Positions 55,598 to 64,000 of a stretch of 64,000 bases of DNA are shown one piece after another; within the stretch, counting starts at the first letter, position 1, and each line of letters begins with the position of its first letter. A program made the position numbers and the translations under genes. Source of the DNA: Fibrobacterota bacterium (lineage in GTDB: Bacteria > Fibrobacterota > Chitinivibrionia > Chitinivibrionales > FEN-1185); the NCBI GenBank assembly GCA_003165595.1, contig PLWQ01000019.1, positions 11,341 through 75,340 on the forward strand, read 5' to 3'. Below the pieces are notes generated by a model. It saw only the letters and a list, made by a program, of their open reading frames with translations. It was not told the DNA's origin and made no database searches.

Positions 55598-57028
55598 TCA
55601 GAACTGGAAGTAAAGAAACGGGCTGAACGACTGTGTAAACATGCCGAGAATCGCATACAGAAAGAGCGCGCCGCACAGCGCGAGCTTGACTGGGGTCATG
55701 CCTTTGCCTACCCAGTCGTATGCCTGCACGGGCTGCCAGACGAAGACTGCGCATATCGCCATCTCGCAAAGGTGGCGCATGGAAAAGATCTGAGCCGTAA
55801 GCAGCGGGGCGGAGGCCGAGCCATGGATGATGCCGATCATCGCGCCCCAGTACAGGACTGCCTGGTGCAACGTGGGAGCACGGAACACTACCCAGCCGAA
55901 CAGGACTATTACAAACGTTATGGCGACCTGCAGCCAGGATGGAGCCCGGGAATATATCGTCTTCTTACCCTGAATGCGTTCTATGATGAGAAATGCGCCC
56001 TGATACAGGCCCCAGACGATAAAGGCCATGCTCGCGCCGTGCCAGAGACCGCACAGGAAAAAGGTAAGCGCGAGGTTGAAATAGGTACGCAACGTTCCTT
56101 TCCGGTTGCCGCCAAGCAGCGCAATATACAAATAATCCATGATAAATGATGAAAGAGAGATGTGCCATCTTTTCCAGAAGATGGAAATGCTCTTTGAAAG
56201 ATACGGCGCGCTGAAGTTTTTGATAAATTCGATGCCCAGCATACGAGCCAGGCCCACTGCCATGTCCGAATACCCGCAGAAGTCAAAGTAGATCTGGAAC
56301 GAATAGGCGAGAACGCCCCACCAGGCGTTGAGCATGCCCGGCGCGTCCGCGCCGAACGCGGCGTCGGCGATGCCTGCCGACGGGTCGGCCAGCAGAATCT
56401 TCTTTGCGAATCCCAGGATAAAGATTGCCGTGCCGCTGGTGAACTTGTCCACCGAATGCTCGCGTTCCATAAGCTGGTCGGCCACGGTCTGATACCGGAT
56501 GATGGGGCCGGCAATAAGGTGGGGATACAGCCCGAGGAAGCACGAGAACGCGCCAAACGAGGGCGCCTGTTTTGCATCGCCTCTGTAAACGTCGATCACG
56601 TACGAGAGCGCCACGAAGGTGTAGAACGATATGCCCGAGGGCAAAAGGACCTGCAGAATGTGGAAGGTGTGCGTTGGCCCGCCGCACACGTGAAGAAGCC
56701 CGTTGACGCCGCCCATGAAGAACATGTAGTACTTGAAGAAACCGAGCAGCGCCAAGTCGGTGACAATCGCGAAGACAAGCGCGAATTTGCGCTGTTTCTG
56801 CGCAATGCCCGGCTTTACAATTACCTGTGCGCACAGATAGTCTTTATAGGAGGTTATGAACAGAAGTAGGGTAAACCACGGAACGAGCCAGCCGTAAAAG
56901 ACATAGCTCATCACCGTAATCCAGATGTTCCGGACGTACATTCCCTTCCATTTGAACGGAAGCAGGAAATAGACCGTCAAGAAGAACGGAAGAAAATAGA
57001 ATAGAAATATCTGTGATGAAAAAACCAT
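55598..57028 (-). CDS. MBOAT-family membrane O-acyltransferase (AlgI/PatA/DltB-like)
   Basis: Polytopic. Conserved MBOAT region FWKRWHISLSSF...GGNRKG...FFLCGLWHGA, including the catalytic His. Confidence 0.9.
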   Translation of the reverse strand: MVFSSQIFLFYFLPFFLTVYFLLPFKWKGMYVRNIWITVMSYVFYGWLVPWFTLLLFITSYKDYLCAQVIVKPGIAQKQRKFALVFAIVTDLALLGFFKYYMFFMGGVNGLLHVCGGPTHTFHILQVLLPSGISFYTFVALSYVIDVYRGDAKQAPSFGAFSCFLGLYPHLIAGPIIRYQTVADQLMEREHSVDKFTSGTAIFILGFAKKILLADPSAGIADAAFGADAPGMLNAWWGVLAYSFQIYFDFCGYSDMAVGLARMLGIEFIKNFSAPYLSKSISIFWKRWHISLSSFIMDYLYIALLGGNRKGTLRTYFNLALTFFLCGLWHGASMAFIVWGLYQGAFLIIERIQGKKTIYSRAPSWLQVAITFVIVLFGWVVFRAPTLHQAVLYWGAMIGIIHGSASAPLLTAQIFSMRHLCEMAICAVFVWQPVQAYDWVGKGMTPVKLALCGALFLYAILGMFTQSFSPFLYFQF

Positions 57029-57067
57029 GCGAGTTTCTCCCTGCGATGTCTGGTGTTTTGGATCGTG

Positions 57068-57577
57068 CTACTGTGCGACGTCGGCCCGCACGGCATAGTA
57101 TTTGGCAAGGTCCGAATCGGAATATTCGTCGTCAACGGCGTCTTTCCATACCTTTTCTATCGGCGTAACGAGCCATAGCTTCTGCTTGGCGCCCACTTCG
57201 AATTTCTCTACACTACCGGAAACGTTCTTCTTCATGGCGTCCTTGATCTGGGCGCGCGGAATAAGGGGATTGTAGTGTCCCACCAGAATTTCCTGCGGTT
57301 TGTAGGTGCCTTTCACGACAGAAAGAACCCGGTATTTCATGACGTAAACATAGTTGTAGAGGTCGTTGGCGGCAAATTTGCCCGGTATTTCCGTGACGCG
57401 CGCGATTACCACCAGGGTATCGCCGGTCCGCTTTGATGCGGCCGCTTGTTTTGCGGGTGCGGCTTTATCGGCCTTCGCCTTTTTGGGTGCGGACGACGAA
57501 TCGGTCTGAGCAAAGGCCGCCGAATACAGAAATGCGCTGCACAGAACGGCAGCAACCGTGATAGTGAAACGTTTCAT
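57068..57577 (-). CDS. Hypothetical exported protein (169 aa), possible accessory subunit of the acetylation machinery
   Basis: Signal peptide MKRFTITVAAVLCSAFLYSAAFA followed by an Ala/Lys-rich linker. The position equals that of AlgF/WssG-type accessory genes, but I see no sequence match. Confidence 0.55.
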   Translation of the reverse strand: MKRFTITVAAVLCSAFLYSAAFAQTDSSSAPKKAKADKAAPAKQAAASKRTGDTLVVIARVTEIPGKFAANDLYNYVYVMKYRVLSVVKGTYKPQEILVGHYNPLIPRAQIKDAMKKNVSGSVEKFEVGAKQKLWLVTPIEKVWKDAVDDEYSDSDLAKYYAVRADVAQ

Positions 57578-57632
57578 GAAAACCTCCTTGAAAAAAAAGT
57601 GACAGAGTTACAGAGTAACGGAGTTCAAAAAA

Positions 57633-58538
57633 TCAACCGGCATTTCTCGGAAACACCTTCGGCAATTGTTCGGAAACCCTTTTCGGCGAATATCCGAGGT
57701 CTTTCATCGCGTCCGTCGGATCGAGGTTCGCATCCTGCGTGATGCCGGCGATCACTTGCCACGTGAGCGGAGGATTGTTCATCGCCAGACCCATTGCCGC
57801 AGCTATCATCTTGCACAGCCACACCGGTACATGCAGGATAGGCTTGTGCCGATGGCCCAGCATTCGCAGGCACAGTCTGGAGAAATCGACAATGCTTATC
57901 GCTTCACCGCCGCTCAGGTTATATGTTTTTCGAAACGCTTTTTCGTTTCCGCACATGGCGAGCAGCCCGTCGTTGACATCGTCAACATACACGGGACGCT
58001 TGAGCGACTCGCCTCGGCCGATAAACGGAACCACGGGAAACCTGGCCAGGTAGGCAAGATACATGTCGAATTCCTGGCCGCCTTCAGCGCCGTACACCAG
58101 AGTTGGCCGCGCTATGGTGTATGCCAGCCCGGATTCTTTCACAATATCTTCGGCCTCCTGCTTGGAAAGCGAATACGGAGTAGGGCGGGGATAGACAATC
58201 GAGGCAGACGACACATAGATGAACTGGCCGAGCCGTGCTCTTTTCGCTTCTTCAATGATGTTTCGCGTACCTTCGACATTGACTTGCCGGAAGGCGGTTT
58301 CGTTGTTCGAGACGATGACCGCCGCCAGATGGATCACGGCTGCTACGCCGTCACACACTCCTTGGCATTGTTCCCGGTTGGCAATGTCGGCGCAGCGTAT
58401 GTCTGCGGCATAGTCCTTCACCCGGGAAACAAAGGGATCACCGGGCATGCACAGCACGCGAACACTGTCTCCTCGCTGGTACAGCCTTCGCACGAGCACG
58501 CTGCCCATGGCGCCGGTTCCGCCCGTTACAAGAATCAT
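57633..58538 (-). CDS. NAD-dependent epimerase/dehydratase (SDR) family protein
   Basis: Start MILVTGGTGAMGSVLVRRL (Rossmann GxxGxxG), with YSLSK catalytic Tyr/Lys. The start overlaps the GT2 stop. Confidence 0.85.
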   Translation of the reverse strand: MILVTGGTGAMGSVLVRRLYQRGDSVRVLCMPGDPFVSRVKDYAADIRCADIANREQCQGVCDGVAAVIHLAAVIVSNNETAFRQVNVEGTRNIIEEAKRARLGQFIYVSSASIVYPRPTPYSLSKQEAEDIVKESGLAYTIARPTLVYGAEGGQEFDMYLAYLARFPVVPFIGRGESLKRPVYVDDVNDGLLAMCGNEKAFRKTYNLSGGEAISIVDFSRLCLRMLGHRHKPILHVPVWLCKMIAAAMGLAMNNPPLTWQVIAGITQDANLDPTDAMKDLGYSPKRVSEQLPKVFPRNAG

Positions 58539-59281
58539 TGCCTGTCGTACCTCCCGGCCAGATATTTCGCCAGCACGGCGAGAACCCGAAGCCCGTAGGT
58601 TACCGGGTTGAGATGCGATGTCTCGCCGGCATACCTTGTTGGAATGGGCCGTTCCGCTATCGCAAGCCCCTGCGCGCGGCACCGGGCGATCACTTCGAGG
58701 TCGAAATCGAAGCTTGCGCTCAGGCGGTCGAACGGCAGCGTGTCGAGCGCTTTTCTGCTGTAAAGCAGCATGCCGCTGTGGTAATCGGTCATCGAAAGGC
58801 CAAAAACGATATTTTCAAAGAACGTTAGAACCCTGTTTGCAACGTACTTGTATAACGGCATGCCGCCCGACAGGGCCGTGCCGGAAGCGATGCGCGAGCC
58901 CTGAAGCAAGTCGATGCCCAGCGCCGCCATTGCTTCGACAAAACCCAAAACAGCCTCAGGCGGATACTGGCCGTCGGCATGCAGGCAGACGGCAAAGTCG
59001 CATTTGTCCTGTTGACAGCGAGCAAGCCCTTCGCGCACCGCCTTGCCGTAGCCGCGATTGAAACCGAAACGCGCCGACCGGATTTTTGCATTTGCGCTGC
59101 ACAACCGCTGGACAACCTGGCCGGTAGCGTCGCGGGATCCGTCATCCACGATCCACACATAACGGATGATCTCCCACAATTCCCGCGGAATTCGCGAGAT
59201 GACGTTTTCCAGGTGGCGGGCCGCATTGTATGCGGGCATGAAGATCGATACTGTTTTGTCAATCAGACGACCTCCCTGCAT
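58535..59281 (-). CDS. Family 2 glycosyltransferase, polyprenyl-phosphate sugar transferase type (ArnC/DPM1-like)
   Basis: Start MQGGRLIDKTVSIFMPAYN. Motifs WIVDDGSRD and LHADGQY. No C-terminal TM bundle. The upstream part of the long ORF overlaps the previous gene and was trimmed. Confidence 0.85.
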   Translation of the reverse strand: MQGGRLIDKTVSIFMPAYNAARHLENVISRIPRELWEIIRYVWIVDDGSRDATGQVVQRLCSANAKIRSARFGFNRGYGKAVREGLARCQQDKCDFAVCLHADGQYPPEAVLGFVEAMAALGIDLLQGSRIASGTALSGGMPLYKYVANRVLTFFENIVFGLSMTDYHSGMLLYSRKALDTLPFDRLSASFDFDLEVIARCRAQGLAIAERPIPTRYAGETSHLNPVTYGLRVLAVLAKYLAGRYDRQ

Positions 59282-60360
59282 GCGAGCGCGCCGCTGTATT
59301 CCTTGATGTAGAACCCGATGGCGACACGGAGTGCATCGGTGAGGCAGACGGACGGGCTCCAGCCCAGGAGTTTCTTTGCCAGCGAAATATCCGGCACGCG
59401 CCGGTCTGAGTCTTCGTACCCCGGGCCGTAGAATTCCATTGAGGAAACCGTTTGCGTGCAAAAGGAAACGTCGGCGCATTCGGGCCGCAGTTCGCTGTAG
59501 AGGTCGATCATGATTTTTGCAAGACCGGCAATTGAAATTTCGTTTGCAGGATTGCCGATGTTGAAAATGCGTCGCGAAGAATTTTTCGGCTGCGCGAGTA
59601 TGGCCATGAGCGCGTCGATGGCGTCGGTTATTGCGGTAAACGTGCGGCGGTTTCTTCCGCCGTCGACAAGCTTGAGCGGCTTGTGCGACAGGAGCGCGTC
59701 CATGAAGCAGGCGAGCACCCGCGGGACTCCCTCGCCGTCGATGCCCGGGAGAAAATCCATCCGCGGGCCGATAAAATTGAACGGCCGCACGATGGTGTAG
59801 TCGAGGCCGTTTTCCTTGCCGTGCGCGAAAATCGCGCGTTCGAGCAGCTGTTTGGCGCAGGCATAGGTCCATCGCTGGGCGCTGATCGGTCCCAGAACAA
59901 GCGGTGTCGATTCCTCCCGGAAAATGTCGGTGGTCGAATTGAACGGCATGCCGGCGCGGTACGAAATCGTGGTCCCGTAGACTTCGCAGGTGGAAAAATG
60001 CACGAGCCGCTTTCTGAGCGCGGCGCAGCGCTCGACGATCTTGAGCGGGCGGGTAAAATTGCTGTCTATCACCTGCAAGGGAACCGTATTGTACAGAGAT
60101 GGATTGCAGAGGGCAACGAGCGAGACGACGGTGTCGCTGCGATTAAGGTATTCGTCGACCGCCTCAGCCGAATCGATATCGATGTTCGCGTAGGTGAATT
60201 TTGGATTGGTGAGAAACGCCGAGATCTTGGCCGGGTTCCTGTCGATGCCGAACACGTGCCAGTCGGTGTCGGCGAGGATGCGCTCCGCAAGGTGCGATCC
60301 GATGAACCCGCCGCAGCCGAGCAGGCAAATATTTCTGACGGATGAGGTGCGATTTGTCAT
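59263..60360 (-). CDS. Extended SDR, ArnA C-terminal domain / UDP-apiose-xylose synthase-like UDP-glucuronate decarboxylase
   Basis: Start MTNRTSSVRNICLLGCGGFIGSHL. Motifs LVALCNPSLY, RLVHFSTCEVYG and YACAKQL (YxxxK). Confidence 0.8.
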   Translation of the reverse strand: MTNRTSSVRNICLLGCGGFIGSHLAERILADTDWHVFGIDRNPAKISAFLTNPKFTYANIDIDSAEAVDEYLNRSDTVVSLVALCNPSLYNTVPLQVIDSNFTRPLKIVERCAALRKRLVHFSTCEVYGTTISYRAGMPFNSTTDIFREESTPLVLGPISAQRWTYACAKQLLERAIFAHGKENGLDYTIVRPFNFIGPRMDFLPGIDGEGVPRVLACFMDALLSHKPLKLVDGGRNRRTFTAITDAIDALMAILAQPKNSSRRIFNIGNPANEISIAGLAKIMIDLYSELRPECADVSFCTQTVSSMEFYGPGYEDSDRRVPDISLAKKLLGWSPSVCLTDALRVAIGFYIKEYSGALACREVV

Positions 60361-60956
60361 AGAGATGCGTCCCGCCGGCGTTGCTGCAAAGCAACCCGGA
60401 AAATGCCGCTTATGAGAACGACGGGAACGGTCGTGGGGGACGGTTTGATTCCCGCGAGCAAAGAGCACAACCGCTTAAAATAGTTCATGACTTTCCATTA
60501 TATATTAGATTTGGTGCGGGATTCCAGCATAATCGCGAAGTAACCTGCGGCTACTTTCCATGGTTCCAATCGATTTTTTCCCTGAATAATTTATAACATC
60601 TTTTGCAAAACACCTATGGTTTTTTTCTTCCTCTCGGTAAGGGAAAACAGTATGGATTTTTGCAGGCTATCTTGTTGATTTGCAAATAGAAACCGTTTTG
60701 AGGAATTGGTAAAAATTTCACATGTGGAAATACTTCGAGGTAAGCCCGCAGTGGCTCTTAATCATGGATGCACGGATGTGTGAGCGGATTCGTACAGGTA
60801 ACACTGCGGGTGAAAGTCCGGACCACATCTTAAGGGCACCCGGAAGTCCCATTAACAAACAATATCCGCGGCATGCAGCCTGGAATTTGTGCCAAGAGAG
60901 CTGGAATCTTCGACCGGCAATTCCGGGGTTCGCGCGAGTTATTTTGTAGCGTGACC

Positions 60957-61730
60957 ATGACAACCGAAGTCCCCACAAAACGGCGCATTGCCGCGGCATT
61001 CTCCGCTAAAGCAAAAGGCTACAGGACCGGCGCTTTCATTCAGCGGCAGATCCTCACCATGCTCGTACCGCATGTCGAGTTCGTTGGACGCTTTCGGGCG
61101 CCGTGGCTCGATGCCGGTTGCGGGGCGGGGGGGCTTTGTGACCTGCTGAAAGACGGAAACATTCCCGTGCATCTCATGCAAACGGACCTCGGCCGAGGTA
61201 CACTGCGCTCCGGCCCCCGTTGTCCGGCGGTGCAGTCGGACATCGAGGCTCTGCCGTTTGCATCGCGCGCATTTGGCGGCGTGGTGGCCTCGTCGGTTCT
61301 GCATTGGCTGGCAGATCCGGCTAAGGGTTTAGCGGAAATTCAACGCGTTCTTGTGCCCGGAGGCGCACTTGTATTTTCCATGTTCACAAAGGGTTCATTC
61401 GGCGAAGTGCTGTCGCTGCGCCTGGAGCGGAATCGCTCCGTGCCCGTGATTCTGCCGTCGGCCGGAGAATTTGAGGCGCTGTTGCAGACGTGCGGATTCC
61501 GAATCCCGCGCCTCTCGACTTTCTCAAAGGAATATTATTTTGCCTCGGCGCTGGATGTGCTCAAATACATGAGCGGCACGGGCACCACTGCGGTTTCCGG
61601 CCGGCTGTTTTCTCCACGGGAAATCCTCGAATTATGCCGGAGCTACGAAGACAGGTATGGGTGCTCCCGTGGAGTCACTCTGTCGGTCAAAACGATCCTG
61701 GGAACAGCCTTGAAAGCAAACGAGATATAA
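60957..61730 (+). CDS. bioC: Malonyl-ACP O-methyltransferase BioC
   Basis: Start MTTEVPTKRRIAAAFSAKAKGY. SAM motif LDAGCGAGG. SSVLHWL. First gene of the bioC-D-A-F run. Confidence 0.8.
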   Translation: MTTEVPTKRRIAAAFSAKAKGYRTGAFIQRQILTMLVPHVEFVGRFRAPWLDAGCGAGGLCDLLKDGNIPVHLMQTDLGRGTLRSGPRCPAVQSDIEALPFASRAFGGVVASSVLHWLADPAKGLAEIQRVLVPGGALVFSMFTKGSFGEVLSLRLERNRSVPVILPSAGEFEALLQTCGFRIPRLSTFSKEYYFASALDVLKYMSGTGTTAVSGRLFSPREILELCRSYEDRYGCSRGVTLSVKTILGTALKANEI

Positions 61731-61735
61731 AGACC

Positions 61736-62428
61736 ATGGCCAGAGGATTTTTCGTAACAGGGACTGATACCGGCGTCGGGAAAACGTTTGTGAGCCGGTT
61801 GCTCGTAGAGGCGTTGTCGCGCAGGGGGCCGGTGTCGTACATGAAACCCGTGCAAACCGGCTGCAAGGCGTACAAAGGTTCCGGGCTGCTTGCGCCCGAT
61901 TTTGAGTATGTCAAGAAGTGGGGGATGCTTGTGCTCGGACCGGAGGAAATCCACGTGCCGTACCGGTTTGTGCCGGCATGTTCTCCTCATCTGGCTGCAC
62001 GGTTCGCTCGCAGGAAGATTTCGCTGCCGCGCATCGGGATATGCCTTGACAAAATAGCAAAGTTGCCGATGATGCGGGGCGGGTGCGTTGTTGTTGAAGG
62101 TGCGGGCGGGGTGTTGGTTCCGCTCGGGCCGTCCGAATCGATGATTCATCTTATGGTTCGCCTTGGGCTTCCCGTCGTCCTCGTCGCAACGCCCGGCCTG
62201 GGCACGCTCAATCACACTTTTCTCACCATGTGTGCGCTGGCCAGCGCGGGTCTTCGTTGTGCCGGCCTTGTTGTCAATTGCGCTAAGCCCTGCCTCCGGG
62301 ATTTTATCCACCGCGACAATGTGAGGACGCTGCGCGCCTACGCTTCCGCTGTTCCGGTTCTGGAAATTCGGCGTGGTGCATCCTGCTCCGGCGACGTAGT
62401 GGAGTTCTGCAATGAAATCCTCCGATAG
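61736..62428 (+). CDS. bioD: Dethiobiotin synthase BioD
   Basis: MARGFFVTGTDTGVGKT P-loop, and EGAGG. Confidence 0.9.
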   Translation: MARGFFVTGTDTGVGKTFVSRLLVEALSRRGPVSYMKPVQTGCKAYKGSGLLAPDFEYVKKWGMLVLGPEEIHVPYRFVPACSPHLAARFARRKISLPRIGICLDKIAKLPMMRGGCVVVEGAGGVLVPLGPSESMIHLMVRLGLPVVLVATPGLGTLNHTFLTMCALASAGLRCAGLVVNCAKPCLRDFIHRDNVRTLRAYASAVPVLEIRRGASCSGDVVEFCNEILR

Positions 62429-63749
62429 CTCTTTGGACCACCTCTGGTTTCCCTTTACCTGTTCGCAGGACCTGAGCGATTTTCCCCCGCGTGTCATCAC
62501 GCGCGGCGAAGGCCTGTACCTTTACGACAGGGAAGGCAGGCGGTATCTGGATGCCATCGGGTCGTGGTGGGTGTCGATCCTGGGGCACCGGCATCCGCGG
62601 ATTAACGCGGCGGTCGGGCGCCAGCTCGACAAGCTTGAACATGTGCTCATGGCAGGGTTCGTGTCCGATGCGGCGCTGAATCTTTCGACCTCGCTTGCGG
62701 CGATGCTGCCCCCGGGCCTCACAAGGATATTCTATTCCGACGACGGGTCCACCGCCGTGGAAGCGGCGCTCAAGATCGCTCTGCAATACTGGGCGGCGCG
62801 CGGCAGGCGCCGCACCGCCTTTGTGTCGCTGGGCGGCGGGTATCACGGCGACACGCTCGGGGCGATGTCGGTGGGAAACATCCCGGCATACCACTCGCTG
62901 TTTCACGACACATTCAAGTCGCAATTGTATACCGACGCGCCCTATTGCTATCGCTGTCCATGCGGCAGGAACAAGGCATCATGCAACGCCGAATGCATGG
63001 AGTCTCTCGAACGCATCCTTGCAGCCAAGGGCGAAACTATTGCGGCATGCGTGTTTGAGCCCATGCTTCAGGGAGCGGGGGGAATGCGCGTGTATCCGGC
63101 CAAGGTGCTCAACCGGCTGTTTGCCGCTTGCAAAGCGTACGGCGTGCTCACCATCGCCGACGAGGTTGCCACCGGTTTCGGCCGCACCGGGAAGCTTTTC
63201 GCGTGCGAACATGCGGGAGTGACTCCCGACATCATGTGCGTGGCCAAAGGCCTCACCGGCGGATACCTGCCCATGGCCGCCACGGTTGCGCGCGAGGAAA
63301 TCTACGCCGAATTCTGCGGCGATTATTCGTCAAACAGGGAACTGACGCATGGACACACGTTTACCGGCAACCCGCTTGCCGCCGCAGCCGCTTGCGAGAC
63401 GCTTGCCATTCTGAGGGAAGAGGGCATTCCGCAGTCGCTTGCGACAAAGTCGGCGCTTCTTGCGTCGAAACTCGAATCGTGCCGGGAAATCGAGGAGGTG
63501 GGGGACGTTCGCGTTCTCGGCATGATCGGCGCCCTGGAGCTCGTGGCCGACCGTCGCACGAAACGGCCGTTTGCACCGGAGAAACGCATCGGGTTCAAGC
63601 TTGCCCGGAAGGCTCTTGACAAAGGGTTGCTGCTGAGGCCGCTGGGGGACGTGGTATACTTTGTTCCGGCCTATATAATCACCGAGGATGAAATCTGCAC
63701 GATGATCGACACGGCCCGCGATTCCATCAAGGACGCGCTGCATGAATGA
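62412..63749 (+). CDS. bioA: Adenosylmethionine-8-amino-7-oxononanoate aminotransferase BioA
   Basis: Class III PLP aminotransferase. Motifs HLWFPFT, SWWVSILGH, DEVATGFGRTGKLFACEH and VAKGLTGGYLP. Confidence 0.9.
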   Translation: MKSSDSSLDHLWFPFTCSQDLSDFPPRVITRGEGLYLYDREGRRYLDAIGSWWVSILGHRHPRINAAVGRQLDKLEHVLMAGFVSDAALNLSTSLAAMLPPGLTRIFYSDDGSTAVEAALKIALQYWAARGRRRTAFVSLGGGYHGDTLGAMSVGNIPAYHSLFHDTFKSQLYTDAPYCYRCPCGRNKASCNAECMESLERILAAKGETIAACVFEPMLQGAGGMRVYPAKVLNRLFAACKAYGVLTIADEVATGFGRTGKLFACEHAGVTPDIMCVAKGLTGGYLPMAATVAREEIYAEFCGDYSSNRELTHGHTFTGNPLAAAAACETLAILREEGIPQSLATKSALLASKLESCREIEEVGDVRVLGMIGALELVADRRTKRPFAPEKRIGFKLARKALDKGLLLRPLGDVVYFVPAYIITEDEICTMIDTARDSIKDALHE

Positions 63750-64000
63750 GTCGCCCCTGTATTCGCGCCTGGGCGCGGAGCTTGAAGACAAGAAATCGCG
63801 CGGCCTGTTCCGCACGTCGGGCCCGTCGCCGCTCGGCGCTGCCGTCGACATGGCGACCAACAGTTACCTGTCTCTGCATGCCGATCCCGACGTGCAATCG
63901 GAAGCGGAGTACCTTGCCGACTGTTGCTATTCGGGAAATCTGGCATCGAGAATCATCGAGACCCGGTCGCCTCTTTTCGAGACGCTCGAAGCGGAACTTG
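63742..64000 (+). CDS. bioF: 8-amino-7-oxononanoate synthase BioF, N-terminal part (runs off the window)
   Basis: The ATG at 63742 overlaps the bioA stop (ATGAATGA). My own translation is MNESPLYSRLGAELEDKKSRGLFRT...ATNSYLSLHADPDV, typical of BioF/KBL N-termini. It is absent from the ORF track because no stop lies in the window. Confidence 0.75.
   Translation, partial: MNESPLYSRLGAELEDKKSRGLFRTSGPSPLGAAVDMATNSYLSLHADPDVQSEAEYLADCCYSGNLASRIIETRSPLFETLEAEL

Noticed and set aside
58535-59872. 445-aa reading of the GT2 ORF, and likewise the 349-aa reading of 57633-58682
   Set aside because: The N-terminal extensions are Arg/His-rich and overlap the well-supported upstream genes in another frame. 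The genes were trimmed to the internal ATGs that restore canonical N-termini (MQGGRLIDKTVSIFMPAYN and MILVTGGTG).
60802-60850. GGTGAAAGTCCGG motif reminiscent of cobalamin or FMN riboswitches, or RNase P RNA
   Set aside because: The other obligatory blocks are absent: the B12 box GCCACTG, the GGGAA..GGTG context, the RFN AGCCCGCGAGC...AGUCUGGAUG pairing, and the RNase P P4 3' strand ACAGAACCCGGCUUA. The resemblance is limited to one short motif.

Overview
GC-rich (about 60% by eye, not computed) chromosomal segment, apparently from an anaerobic FCB-group bacterium, possibly Fibrobacterota-like. The lineage guess rests on a T9SS-type C-terminal sorting domain, Fibrobacter-type FISUMP paralogous domains, PEGA domains, an Rnf complex and canonical TTGACA/TATATT promoters. 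Most of the window is ordinary, densely packed housekeeping and envelope genes: mltG, a periplasmic thioredoxin, a U32 peptidase, rlmN, rnfCD(G)EAB, two small ferredoxins, OsmC, two radical-SAM enzymes, a hybrid histidine kinase, a REC-GAF-HD-GYP regulator, tRNA-Val(CAC), a tetR/tolC/mfp/RND efflux operon, a PEGA Ser/Thr kinase, ampG, a glycan O-acetylation/nucleotide-sugar operon and bioCDAF. Points worth a second look: (1) A roughly 175-nt GC-rich structured element occurs twice (4865-5040 on the minus strand, 41334-41510 on the plus strand). Both copies sit sense-oriented 5' of operons, one stem shows a compensatory change, and one copy has its end triplicated at a 33-bp period. (2) A low-GC islet carries an orphan NYN/PIN-like gene behind a consensus promoter. 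(3) The rnf operon has only a 60-codon ORF in the rnfG position, with no FMN-binding domain. (4) A decayed type III R-M locus (3' end of mod, intact Bro-N/DinD-like gene, 5' end of res) is bracketed by 155-183-bp direct repeats that each begin exactly at a consensus promoter. (5) A large FN3/FISUMP/Ig/FGE-sulfatase fusion lipoprotein. (6) An MBOAT operon with two AlgJ/X-like paralogues and a TolB-like propeller, fused to an ArnA/UAXS-like decarboxylase and a GT2. (7) Several small intergenic repeat families. No CRISPR array, transposase, integrase or rRNA was seen. All homology statements come from reading the translations by eye; no database was searched.
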